Assembly (NCBI RefSeq): GCF_964213995.1
Contig: NC_135810.1
Coordinates: 21,142,001-21,206,000, forward strand
From: Mustelus asterias
Lineage: Eukaryota
Length of the DNA: 64,000 nucleotides
Direction: 5' to 3'
The notes below the pieces were generated by a model. The model was given only the letters and a program-made list of their open reading frames with translations. It was not told the origin of the DNA and searched no databases. Within the stretch, counting starts at the first letter, position 1; each line of letters begins with the position of its first letter. Positions 1-11,950 of the stretch are shown piece by piece. Made by a program: the position numbers and the translations under genes.

Positions 1-2
1 AA

Positions 3-470
3 CTACCCAGCCTTCAGGAGAACAGTGACCAAGACACCACACAACCCTGCCACAGCAACCTCTGCAAGACGTGCCGGATCATCGACACAGATGCCATCAT
101 CTCACGTGAGAACACCATCCACCAGGTACACGGTACATACTCTTGCAACTCGGCCAACGTTGTCTACCTGATACGCTGCAAGAAAGGATGTCCCGAGGCA
201 TGGTACATTGGGGAAACTATGCAGACGCTGCGACAACGGATGAATGAACACCGCTCGACAATCACCAGGCAAGACTGTTCTCTTCCTGTTGGGGAGCACT
301 TCAGCGGTCACGGGCATTCGGCCTCTGATATTCGGGTAAGCGTTCTCCAAGGCGGCCTTCGCGACACACGACAGCGCAGAGTCGCGGAGCAGAAACTGAT
401 AGCCAGGTTCCGCACACACAAGGACGGCCTCAACCGGGATATTGGGTTTATGTCACACTATTTCACATAA
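3..470 (+). CDS. Penelope ORF C-terminal part, GIY-YIG endonuclease domain (5' end lies outside the window)
   Basis: Open frame from position 3 to the stop at 470. VVY...YIG motif, R..EH, E and N residues typical of GIY-YIG. Confidence 0.85.
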   Translation, partial: LPSLQENSDQDTTQPCHSNLCKTCRIIDTDAIISRENTIHQVHGTYSCNSANVVYLIRCKKGCPEAWYIGETMQTLRQRMNEHRSTITRQDCSLPVGEHFSGHGHSASDIRVSVLQGGLRDTRQRRVAEQKLIARFRTHKDGLNRDIGFMSHYFT

Positions 471-752
471 ATATTTCTGCTTTTTTCCTCCTGAGTCTTT
501 ATCATGCGATCCTAGAATCAGAATTTATGTCACACTATTTGTAACTCCCACAGTTGCGTGGACCTGCAGAGTTTCACTGGCTGTCTTGTCTGGAGACAAT
601 ACACATCTTTTTAGCCTGTCTTGATGCTCTCTCCACTCCCATTGTTTTGTTTCTTAAAGACTGGATTAGTTGTAAGTATTCGCATTCCAACCATTATTCA
701 TGTAAATTGAGTCTGTGTCTTATAAGTTCTGTTTGTGAACAGAATTCCCACT

Positions 753-789
753 CACCTGAAGAAGGGGCTCAGAGCCTCGAAAGCTTGTG
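753..789 (+). ncRNA. Minimal type I hammerhead ribozyme motif in the Penelope pseudo-LTR
   Basis: CAC-CTGAAGA-A-GGGGCT/CAG/AGCCTC-GAAA-GC-TT-GTG: conserved CUGANGA and GAAA core, stem II, palindromic AGCT stem III, stem I CAC/GTG. Confidence 0.7.
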
Positions 790-1407
790 TGGCTTTTGCT
801 ACCAAATAAACCTGTTGGACTTTAACCTGGTGTTGTTAAACTTCTTACGATCTTTTAAATCAACAGCAAGCTGTGTTCGTCATGAATAGAACAAATGACG
901 AGTATATACACAAGTTCAGTAAACCGAATATAATTCATAGAGCACATTATATAGGTTTGAATTAATTCTGAAGATAACTTTCATTTCTTTACCACACAAA
1001 GAAAAAGGTGGGCAGTAGATGGAAATAAATTAGTGATTCATTCCATCAGGTTGCCTGACTTTTCACAAATTGTCATTTTCTGTGGAGTCAGTAATCCCAG
1101 AGCTTGTGACTGAAAAGTGTGGCTGCCTCAAGAATGAAGTCAAATCAAGGTCATGTGACATCATGTATCCGTATCATTTCGATCAGGAATGTAAATCATG
1201 AAGAGGAACAGTTCCAAAAGAGGTCCTTTCAGGACTCTGCCAATAATTGGTCTTCACTCACTACTGCTTTCATTAATAACAAGTCCCTCTTAAAGCAACC
1301 AATTCCAACATATCTACACGTTATGCTATAGGTGTGAGCCCACAGTGCCTATGTGAAGTGCTCTCTTTTGTTCCATGAGTGACTGTCACAAAGGGGATGG
1401 ATGCACA

Positions 1408-1867
1408 GTGGCACGGTAGCACAGTGGTTAGCACTGCTGCTTCACAGCTCCAGGGACCTGGGTTCAATTCCCGGCTTGGGTCACTGTCTCTGTGGAGTTT
1501 GCACATTCTCCACGTGTCTGCGTGGGTTTCCTCCGGGTGCTCCGGTTTCCTCCCACAGTCCAAAGATGTGCGGGTTAGGTTGATTCGCCATGCTAAAAAT
1601 TGCCCTTAGTGTCCGGAGATGCGTAGGTTAGAGGGATTAGTGGGTAAATATGTAGGGATATGAGAGTAGGGCCTGGGTGGGATTGTGGTCGGTGCAGACT
1701 CGATGGGCCATGCTAAAAATTGCCCTTAGTGTCCGGAGATGCGTAGGTTAGAGGGATTAGTGGGTAAATATGTAGGGATATGAGAGTAGGGCCTGGGTGG
1801 GATTGTGGTCGGTGCAGACTCGATGGGCCGAATGGCCTCTTTCTGTACTGTAGAGATTCTATGATTT
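1408..1867 (+). mobile_element. HE1-like V-SINE (CR1-type tail) with internal 120-bp tandem duplication
   Basis: tRNA-like A box (GGTAGCACAGTGG) and B box (GGTTCAATTCC), V-domain GGGTTTCCTCCGGGTGCTCCGGTTTCCTCCCAC, TTCTATGA tail. Confidence 0.9.
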
Positions 1868-2425
1868 AGGAGCTCAAAAGAAACCTGTGACTGGCAACCT
1901 TAAGAAGCTTGATTTTTCAGCCACCCAGCAGCAGACTGCAAAACAAAGCAGCCTGCCAGGGCACTCCAGCCAATCTGACTGTCTGGCACCAGGAGAGGGA
2001 TTGCTTTGGGATTATGCGCCTCCATAAATGCTGTCAGGAGAGATGGAGTGGAACAATTGTCCATGTCAATCGGCCAAGACTCAATATCTACTTACCTGCT
2101 GGAGATCAAATACTGGGATATCCATGATTTTCTCCATTCACTCTCAGCCTATTCAAGGCAAAGGAGATGAATGCAACATCTGCACAATCTCAATATAAGC
2201 ATCCCGAGGTGATGCTATTGCCTGCGATTCACAACGTCTTGCCAGGGAACCTAACAGAAGCTATCATTAGATGATCATATGTTCCAGGTGGAACAGCTGA
2301 ATGATATTGCCATGAATGAGACCTTCATACATTTACTAGCAGCCTGAAACATATAATCCAACAGGTTCTGGAAGTTTCCTGGCAGGCAGTCAAATGCATT
2401 TAGGAGTTGTTAGTGCACAGATATT

Positions 2426-2600
2426 GGGTGGGATTTTCTTCTCCTCCACGGTGCGTTCCTCAGCGGCGCATTGCTCGCTGACGAGATCTTATGTCAACGG
2501 GTTTTCCCATTAAAATCACCCCTCACCGCAGGAAACCCACAGCGGGGGTGGGCTGTCGGCGAGACCATAATATCCCATCAGTGTCAACGGCAGCATGGTT
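2426..2600. mobile_element. Short degenerate MITE (GGGNGGGATTTT-type terminus, Harbinger-like family)
   Basis: Similar to the GC-rich short repeats at 6415, 11742, 42552 and 60777. Confidence 0.45.
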
Positions 2601-2687
2601 TTGGTAACTGTCCTTCTTTTAAAAGTTGCACTCTTGAAATCTGTACCTTGTTTGTATGTACACCATTCCTTGACACATCCAACTTTT

Positions 2688-3040
2688 GGGGCGGCACGGT
2701 AGCACAGTGGTTAGTACTGCTGCTTCACAGCTCCAGGGGCCTGGGTTCGATTCCCGGCTTGGGTCACTGTCTGTGTGGAGTTTGCACATTCTCCTCGTGT
2801 CTGCGTGGGTTTCCTCCGAGTACTCCGGTTTCCTCCCACAGTCCAAAAATGTGCGGGTTAGGTTGATTGGCCATGCTAAAAATTGCCCTTAGTGTCCTGA
2901 GATGCGTAGGTTAGAGGGATTAGTGGGTAAATATGTAGGGATATGGGGGTAGGGCCTGGGTGGGATTGTGGTTGGTGCAGACTCGATGGGCCGAATGGCC
3001 TCTTTCTGTACTGTAGGGTTTCTATGATTTCTATGATTTT
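2688..3040 (+). mobile_element. HE1-like V-SINE (first unit of a head-to-tail dimer)
   Basis: Full head, V-domain and (TTCTATGA)n tail. Confidence 0.9.
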
Positions 3041-3400
3041 GGGGCGGCACAGTGGCACAGTGGTTAGTACTGCTGCTTCACAGCTCCAGGGATCTGGGTT
3101 CAATTCCCCAGCTTGGGTCACTGTCTGTGTGGAGTTTGCACATTCTCCTCGTGTCTGCGTGGGTTTCCTCCGGGTGCTCTGGTTTCCTCCCACAGTCCAA
3201 AGTCCAAAGATGTGCGGGTTAGGTTGATTGGCCATGCTAAAATTGCCCCTTAGTGTCCTGGAATGCGTAGATTAGAGGGATTAGCGGGTAAAACATGTAG
3301 GGATATGGGGGTAGGGCCTGGGTGGGATTGTGGTCGGTGCAGACTCGTTGGGCCGAATGGCCTCTTTCTGTACTGTAGAATTTGTATGATTTCTATGATT
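3041..3400 (+). mobile_element. HE1-like V-SINE (second unit of the dimer)
   Basis: Full head, V-domain and tail directly abutting the previous copy's tail. Confidence 0.9.
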
Positions 3401-4968
3401 TTCCTGCTGACTTATACTCCGCGAATCTGACCTCCCTCGTGGGCTGTCAATTTTCATGCTGATGGATTGTCTTCAGATTTATCAACTATCTGTCTGACTA
3501 CAGTGGCTGAATCATTGATTGAACCTAAGAAAAGCAGAGATAGAGAAAGGTTATGATGCAGTTACACTGAAAATATTACTAGATCAGTGGCTGCACAATG
3601 CAATACCAGGTTGTCACTCTAGGAATGTGTGAGTGGTATTGTTAAGTAAATAGAGAAAGGAAGTGGGTGGTGGGAAACATAACTTTCTGTACCAGGCCTC
3701 TGGCCCTGATCATCATCCCTCACATTGACTGTTTAATGTTGCTGGCGGGGGACCTCTTCCAAAGATGCTAGTGTTTGTAGAATGGCAGGACCTTTTCCAG
3801 TTATCTCTCTTCTGTTATGCCCTAGGTTGTCCTGCAAAGATGAATGTTTCACTACGTGCCTTGGGCAAGGGTTTTCAACATCAATAAGTCAAATACCTTT
3901 GTAAGTCCATGATAGAAAGAAGCAGCAAGTGTAGACAAGAGCGAGAAGCTGCTGTGTGTACAGTAGATGTGTCAGTCACCTCTTTGCTGCATCTTCAATA
4001 TCAATCAAGCAGCAGAAATCGCTACTTTATCTCACACAGTTGGTGCCACAACAACAAAGTCATTTTCCCGTGAAAATGTGTTCCTGTCAAAGAATTATTC
4101 GAGGAAACCCACAGTCAGTTGTATCAGCATGGGAACATTGATTTGTTTTATGCCTTTTTGATGTTATTCCACATCCAGCAAAAAAGCAGAACATGCCATT
4201 GAAGCCCACTGTAGTTTGTCAAATAGCCTGCAAAGGGAACCGAATCAGGGAAATATTCAGTGTTTCTGTGATTCAAATGCATGTATCAAACCTCTTCTAT
4301 GGTCCAGCAATGAATCTCTGAGAAACCTTCCGTGGAAGTGTTTGCAAGACTGAAGATCATCGCGTTAAACCCTTGTAAGAAAGGACAAATTCAAAGCAAA
4401 TGATGCAAAGCAGTTGCAAACTGAATGGCAAAAGAAAGAGGTCACAGAGGCAAGGAACAGGAGCAAAGAATGTCTGTGAATCTGTAAGAAATAAAGTACC
4501 ATAAGCATTCTGAAAAATTCTGTCAGAGAGCAGAGTGTTGAGTATAATTCTGGCAAGCAGTCTGAGAATGTTATGTGCATCCATGCAAAAAACAAAGAGC
4601 ATGAAAGGAACTCACTGTGGGAAATCATGTCACAATCTGATTATTTTAACAAGATGTAACTTAGAATCAGAAGCACTGTGACAAATGGCAATTGTACTGA
4701 GTCACTGATGGACCATTAAGTTGCTGTGAGAAATATTATCAGGGTATTATTATGAAAAAAACTAAAAGCACTACAATAGTAGTCAAGAACCATTCTGTGA
4801 CTTATGTGTACCATAGGTCACTACAAGTTATGTGAAGATGCACTGGCTACCTAAAAAAATTCACGTTCAGCACTTCATTCATTCGTAGAGTCTAAATTGG
4901 AAGTAGATAATACCGCTTGTTGTCAACAGCTAATATAATATGATGGGTGGAGCACAAGGGAAAAAAAA

Positions 4969-5302
4969 GGGCGGCACGGTAGCACAGTGGTTAGCACTGC
5001 TGCTTCACAGCTCCAGGGTCCCAGGTTCGATTCCCGGCTCGGTTCACTGTCTGTGTGGAGTTTGCACATTCTCCTCGTGTCTGCGTGGGTTTCCTCCGGG
5101 TGCTCCAGTTTCCTCCCACAGTCCAAAGATGTGCGGGTTAGGTTGATTGGCCAGGTTAAAAAATTGCCCCTTAGAGTCCTGGGATGTGTAGGTTAGAGGG
5201 ATTAGTGGGTAAAATATGTGGGGGTAGGGCCTGGGTGGGATTGTGGTCGGTGTAGACTCGATGGGCCGAATGGCCTCCTTCTGCACTATAGGGTTTCTAT
5301 GA
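4969..5302 (+). mobile_element. HE1-like V-SINE
   Basis: A/B boxes, V-domain, CR1-type tail. Confidence 0.9.
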
Positions 5303-6031
5303 ATATACGGATAAACAGATTCAGATCATACATAATGACTAATATCCCCCTGCTTTGTGTCCAGGGAGTGCTCAGTTCCTGAGTGTCAATCATAGGGGAA
5401 ACATCTCTAATGCTGGATCTCAGGAACCCATACCACCACCGTCCCTCACAACCCCTGAGCTGTCTGTCTGAATGTCACCCACCGGTAAAGGTGTGGAGGG
5501 CAGGAAAAATGTTCTTTGCAGCTGGAGATGGGCTATTGGTTTTGGATTAATTTAAAACACATGATGTGACTTGGACATGAAGTTTTTGGAATTAAATTAT
5601 ATACGCACATGCTCGTGGCATGGAGCCTCACCCACTGGGAATACATGGCAGGAAGTTGTAAGCACAGCTCTCCATGATTTTTCAACCATGGATCACTATC
5701 ACCTCTGTCTGAAGATAAAAGAGAAGTATAAAATCCCTCAGGAGTTTTAGTTTGCTGCCAAGTTGCTGATTGTAATGGACACTTGAGTCTGTTTTGAATT
5801 TTCTGAGTATGTAACACAATGAATTTCCTATTGCTAGTTATGACAAGTGATACTACAGCTGGTCATTATTTTCCACTTAATGCTTCTATCAGAGATTGGA
5901 GATCAGACAGAAAGCAAGTGGTGGAACAAACAACCTGACTTTTCCTTTCTTGGAGGGAAATGGTAATTCAATGTGCAATTGTCAAGACTTGCAGTCAGAA
6001 TTAGTTGTCTATATTCTGTAGGGCATCTGTA

Positions 6032-6343
6032 GGGCGGCATGGTGCTACAGTGGTGAGCACTGCTGTCTCACAGCTCCAGGGACCTAGGTTCAATACCGGT
6101 CTCGAATGACTGTGTAAAGTTTGAACATTCTCCTCGTGTCTGCGTGGGTTTCCTCCGGGTGCTCCAGTTTCCTCCCACAGTTCAAAGATGTGCGGGTTAG
6201 GTGGATTAGCCATGCTAAATTGCCCCTTAGTGTCAGGGGGATTAGCGGGGTAATTATGTGATGTAGTGGGGTCTGGGTGGAATTTTTGTTGGTGCAGTCT
6301 CAGTGAGCCAAATGCCCTCCTTCTGCACTGTAGGGATTCTATG
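6032..6343 (+). mobile_element. HE1-like V-SINE
   Basis: A/B boxes, V-domain, CR1-type tail. Confidence 0.85.
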
Positions 6344-6414
6344 AGTCTTTTCCTCCTTCTTCAAAATAACTCTTCCTCTTTGTTTTGTCTTGCTCAAGCA
6401 ATTACAGTCCAGGC

Positions 6415-6623
6415 CCGGCCAAAACTTTTCAGCTGTTCCTGCTGGCGGGATTTGCCAGTCTCGCCAATGGCAAACCCCAGCCGTAGATTTCCCGGTGGTG
6501 GAGGGTACGAATAACAGGAAAATCGAATGATTGCGGTGGGACCAGAAGATCCCGGTGGTGGCCAATGATGGGCCATCTCCACAGGACAAGCCACAGCGGC
6601 AGGGAAGGAGGGGAATCCCACCC
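6415..6623. mobile_element. Degenerate MITE, Harbinger-like family
   Basis: GCTGGCGGGATT... interior and GAATCCCACCC terminus shared with the 11742-11950 copy. Confidence 0.45.
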
Positions 6624-7725
6624 TTCTGTTCTTTGTTGGATAGAAATCCAGAAATTCTGGGAGAAATTCACCTTGGAGACTGGCGTTACGTGAACAATGT
6701 GGCTTTGATTGTCTGTTTCGTACGTGTTGCCTGAAATATTGAACTGAATGAACCTGAACGTAGGATGAGAGCCTGAACTGAGAGTCCGTATTTTCCAATA
6801 CTAGTACAGATGAATTTCCAGCGTTTTGAGTTTAACCTTAATAAATTATAAAAGTTATTATGCGCTCAGCCTATGATCAAGCTCGCAACTTTCCACTGAG
6901 GGTTGTGTTCAGCTGTTCAACTATTCAGTGTTTGATTCTGAGGTGGGACTTTTCCAGTCCAGCCCACCAGCAGGATTTTCCGCTCCTTGCTAAAGTCGAT
7001 GGACTTTTGGCTCGTTCTCCGTGTTTCTCCTCCCTGCCTCTGCCACAGCGCGGCCTAAAAACCCTGTGTGTCTGTTAACTGTGCTGTGGGGGTGTGTGTG
7101 TGTGTGGTTACAGAGAAACAGAAAGCCAGCACGAAGCATGAGACTGCGGACAGTTTAATAACATTGTTTAATACCAAAGTTACTGTTCATGCATAAAACC
7201 TGGTGAAGGTCACCTCTACATATCTCCGAGGTGCAAAACACAATATGAGGCTTGGTAGAAGAAAATGGGCACCGTATTACCTGTGTCCCCTGCAGAACAT
7301 TGAAAACAAAAGCTATTCCTTGTTCTTTCCAGTAACAAATATAAAACTTTAACTGGTAGCAACTTATTCCCAGTAAATTCAATGGCAAATTTTCTGTACT
7401 CATTGCAAGATAAAAATTTACTTTGTATCTCTGCTGTCCTCTGTACACTGTACAGTTGGAAATTACACCCTCACCAATACAGAGATAGAAATATCTGCAC
7501 ATATTCTAAGATTATCTCAATTTATATTATGACTGGAAAGACCACATTCAAAAAAGCAGTGGTGGCAACTGCAAAGCAATTAAAAATCTAGGCCAATGTG
7601 TTCACTGCAGTCTGATTCGGGTTGCCTTTCCAATGCATACTGCGTTTTTCAACCATTTTCAAAATAGGAACTGATTTGAGTTTGTTTAAAATATTTTGTG
7701 GCTCTGAAATTATTACAACTGAAAT

Positions 7726-8043
7726 ATCATAGAATCATAGAATCTCTACAGTGCAGAAGGAGGCCATTTGGCCCATCGAGTCTGCACAGACTGCAATCCC
7801 ACCCAGGCTCTATTCCCGTAACCCTACATATTTACCCTGTTAATCCCCCTGACACTCGGGTCAATTTAGCATGGTCAATCGACCTAACCTGCATATCTTT
7901 GGAGTACGGGAGGAAACCAGAGCACCCAGAGGAAACCCACGCAGACACGGGGAGAATGTGCAAATTCCACACAGACAGTGACCCAAGGCCAAAATTGAAC
8001 CCGGGTCCCTGGTGCTGTGAGGCAGCAGTGCCAACCACTGTGA
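7726..8043 (-). mobile_element. HE1-like V-SINE
   Basis: Reverse complement of the SINE consensus, with a (TCATAGAA)n tail at the left. Confidence 0.9.
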
Positions 8044-9242
8044 TCTGATTAGAGATTTCAAATCTGTAAATATTTCCTTTAAAACACAGCCAAATTAATA
8101 AAAAGCAGTTTTCCCCGCTAAAATGTTCAAGCCTTCAAAAACGATCTGTTGAAAAATACACATAATTAGTTTAATTTTTGCTTCATATGAAGTGCACACT
8201 GTCCCAAAGAAGCACGGCATGCTTACCGAAGTCGAAAGAATTAAGGGCAGGTTGGAAAGTCAAACTTATTTCCCCCTAGGTGCACTTAGATAATTCTGGA
8301 CATTTACAAGGTAAAATCATGCATTTTACAAGGACCGAAAGCTGATGGACTTCCAGCGGCTTCTCCAGGTGTGGACCACGGTGGCTTTCAACGTTGTACT
8401 TTAGGAAAAATGTCAAAGGATGCAGGGTGAGATTCTCTGAGAAGATTTCAGCAATGAGAGGTTTATCTATCATGATAAAATATGAAGATTTCTTCATTGC
8501 AGCAGAGAAGGTTAAAAGGAGATCAAATTAATCTATCTGATCTAAATTATGAGGCGTTTTGATAATTTAAACCAGAAAAAGATTTTGCACTAGTTGGTGA
8601 GTCAGTAACTAGAGTGTATAAGGTTACAATTGAAAGAACAAAGGGAGACATGCAACAATTTGTATCATGTAAAGGTTTGTTAGGACCAACTATACTGTGC
8701 ATTGGCTTAATCAGAATCCATTTTCGCTTTTAAAAGGACTGCAGATCCATATTTTAAAAATTAAAACATGTAAAATAACATGAGGGAAAGTGCGAGGTTA
8801 CCACTAAGTGGATTGTTCTTTCAGAGACCTAACAATTGCCTTGATCACAATAATTTTCAATGCCACACAGCCAACACCAAACCAGCTCCATTGTTTTCAT
8901 AACTTCTTTGAACTCAAGTTTTCCAAAATATAAAAATCTTTCATGTAACTTCCTATTGCCCCCACTTCTGGAATCAAATGAAATGTAATAACCTTTCCTT
9001 GTTTAAACTTGAAATCTTTGCAAGTTGTAAAAGTTCCTCACTCCCTGTTGAAATTTAACAGTTGAAAAATAAATGGGTCCCGATGCATCTCCTAATGCAA
9101 ATTTCTAAACAAAGCCTATTTACTTACATAACCACTTGACCGTAGTTTTATGACAAATTCATACATTTAGCACCACTTCGTACCATCTTTCAATTCTCAC
9201 AGACAAGCTGTCCCTATCACCCCAGCACAAGTAAGTATTTCC

Positions 9243-9246
<4 letters not shown>

Positions 9247-9279
<33 letters not shown>

Positions 9280-9431
9280 GTGCTGTGTGCTGGCTAAGTG
9301 CATTGGCCATGCTAAATTTTCCCTCAGTGGATGCAAACAAGCACCGGAATGTGGTGACTAGTGGATTTTCAGGCTAACTTCATTGCATGGTTAATGTAAG
9401 CCTACTTGTGGCACTAATAAATAAATAAATA
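9247..9431 (+). repeat. (CA)n microsatellite followed by the 3' part of the alternative-tail V-SINE
   Basis: CA run, then GCATTGGCCATGCTAAATT...TTAATGTAAGCCTACTTGTGGCACTAATAAATAAA. Confidence 0.75.
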
Positions 9432-10479
9432 CAAACAGGCATACACACTGGCACACAGACTCACATCGTGGAATAAGTGGAATAACACAGTATTCCCTGA
9501 AAATACTATTAAAAAATAACATCCATTCTCATACCTGACTTGTACTTTCTGAATTTCAATCTCATATATTTGTTGAATGTCATCGATAGATAAGTAGCCA
9601 TAACATTTTATGGAGTTAATGGCTAAAAGTAATCATGTTATTGCAAATTGAAAGTGAAAGATTAAACTGTGCAGTATCCTTCAATAACATAAAGAAAATA
9701 GCTCTCTAGTTATCTTGGAGCACTGTCATGCATTCATCTGTTTATTATAACAGCCTTGACACATCATTATCCTTAAAAGAGAGTGGTGAGGGTTTTAAGT
9801 GACAGCAATTGTTTAGCTTATCACATATTTCCTAATGTAAAATGTCATAGTGCTCTGAATATACACAACCTACTGTGCAGAATTATACGTCAAGCATTGG
9901 CAAAGTATTTCAGGCCAGTTCCACTTCATCCAGTTTTACTTATCAGGCTGTGGTAACTATTGTAACACCGGTAATTGCTGTGTAAAAGAGCCACGTCAGT
10001 GCAATTGTAGTTTGAACATGAATATCAAGTGACCACTGTGAACATTATTCAAACCTACACTGCATAAATTAGATGGTGCCAATTTAATAAGATCTCTTCA
10101 GCGGACTTGAATTTTCACTTTCATTTTCTTTTTCTTCTATCCACAGCCCCTGAACTAACTTCTCCTGAAATGGTTGTTGTTTCTCTTCACTCTTTTCCTC
10201 AATTACCAATGACATCATTCTTTGCCATCGTGCTCCAGAGAAGCTGAAAAAAGTAAATTGCGTTAAACACTGAATAAGCATCACATAAATTGAGTGCCTG
10301 ATTTTTACACAAATGGACTTGAACTGATTTAGTTGGGGACCTGAGAAAGATTTTTTAAAAAGGCCGGAAAGAACCAGCTAAAAAGCTTTCAGGCCTCCAG
10401 ATTTGTACCCTTCACTGACCATGCGCAATTTTTCAGATTATGTTATCCATCAATTCACTGGGAGAACAAAGATCTTCAC

Positions 10480-11350
10480 AGAATCACGGAGTTTGTATGG
10501 TGCAGAATGAGGTCACCTAGTCCATTATGTCTGCACCGGCTCTCCCAATGAACAGCTTACCTGGTTCCATTCTCCCACCTTCTCCTCATTACCCTGCATA
10601 TTCTTCCTTTCCGCATTTGAGTCCAACTCCCAATTTGAATGCTTCAGTTGAACCTGCTTCTGCCACACTCACAGCCAGAGCATTCCAGACTCTAACCACT
10701 CATGGTGTGATTGAGGTTTTCCTCAGGTCACTATTGCTCCTTTCACTAATTACTTTAAATCTGTGCCCTCTTGACCTCGATTCTTTCACAAGTGGGAACA
10801 GTTTCTACCTATCTATTCTGTCCAGACTCCTCATGATTTTGAACACCTCACTCAAATCTCCTCTCAGACTACTTTTCTGAAAGGAAAAGAGTCTTAACTT
10901 CTCTAATCTACCCCAGAACTGAACTTTCTCATGCCAGGGACCATGGTGGCACAGTGGTTAGCACTGCTGCCTCACAGCTCCAGGGACCTGGGTTCGATTA
11001 CTGGCTTTGGTCACTGTCTGTGTGGATTTTGCACATTCTCCCTGTGCCTGAGTGGGTTTCCTTCAAGTGCTCCGCTTTCCTCCCATAGCCCAAAGATGTG
11101 TGGGTTAGGTGCATTGGCCATGCTAAATTGCCCCTTAGTGTCCTGGGATGCGCAGGTTAGAGGGATTAGTGGGGTAAATATGTGGGATTACAGGGATAGG
11201 GCCTGGATGGAGTTGTTGTTGGTGCTGGCTCGATGGGCTGCATGGCCTCTTTCTGCACGGTCAGGTTTCTATGGTCTCTTTCTATGACTCTTGTGAATCT
11301 TTTCTGCCCTCTAATGCCTTCACATCCTCCCTAAAGTGTGGCGCCCAGAA
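10480..11350 (-). mobile_element. Degraded CR1 LINE 3' fragment interrupted by a SINE
   Basis: Reverse strand shows ...GDLSEVFKIMRSLDRIDR... and VVRVWNAL-like CR1 ORF2 C-terminal motifs. The fragment resumes after the SINE at about 11290. Confidence 0.7.
10941..11290 (+). mobile_element. HE1-like V-SINE
   Basis: A/B boxes, V-domain, tail. Confidence 0.85.
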
Positions 11351-11741
11351 GAGTAGGAGAAGATAAGGTGTTGTGAATTTTTTTTCCAGTGTCAAAAGAA
11401 GTTCAAACAATCTGAGGAGTTCAAACATCGTAAGTTCTGAAAATGGACCATGTGTGAATCCAGCTGACATCCATTCTACAATATTTTAGAGAATAGTTCA
11501 GATCAGCCACATGATCATTGTGAAAGTGAATGGAGCCCACATTTTGGGCTCCTCACTTTCATGCATCTAAGGCCCAACCCTGGTCTGGATTCCCAGGTGA
11601 GCTGAGATTGACAGCAGTGAAGTCATGCATGTCTCCACCACTCACATGCCGTGTCCTGATAAAAGGCCAGCGTGTGGTAACTCCTGACTTAGGACGTCCT
11701 CACCCCTGAGTTCCACTTTGACCATTGGCTTTGATTCTACA

Positions 11742-11950
11742 GCCAGAGTTCTCCAGATGTTCATGCCGGCGGGATTCTCTGGCCCCGCCGGCAGTGCACC
11801 CCCAGCAATAGGTTTCCCGCTGGTGTGGGGCAACGTCAATAGGAATTCCCATTGACAACGGTGGAACCAAAGAATCCCGCCGCTCGCAAACAATGCACCA
11901 CCTCCCGCCAGCGGGAAACAAAAGACTGGGAGGCTGGAGAATCTTGCCCC
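11742..11950. mobile_element. MITE, Harbinger-like family
   Basis: Imperfect terminal inverted repeats GCCAGAGTTCTCCAG ... CTGGAGAATCTTGCCC. Confidence 0.55.

Larger units (their letters stand above)
1..848 (+). mobile_element. 3' end of a Penelope-like retroelement (GIY-YIG endonuclease C-terminus plus 3' pseudo-LTR with hammerhead motif)
   Basis: Frame 3 reads PCHSNLCKTC...NVVYLIRCKKGCPEAWYIGET...RMNEH...GLN, the Penelope Cys linker and GIY-YIG motifs. The 3' end AATAAACCTGTTGGACTTTAACCTGGTGTTGT recurs at about 17430 and 30070. Confidence 0.9.

Noticed and set aside
1408-1475. SINE heads as tRNA genes
   Set aside because: They have A/B boxes but run directly into the SINE V-domain and tail and lack a full acceptor stem.
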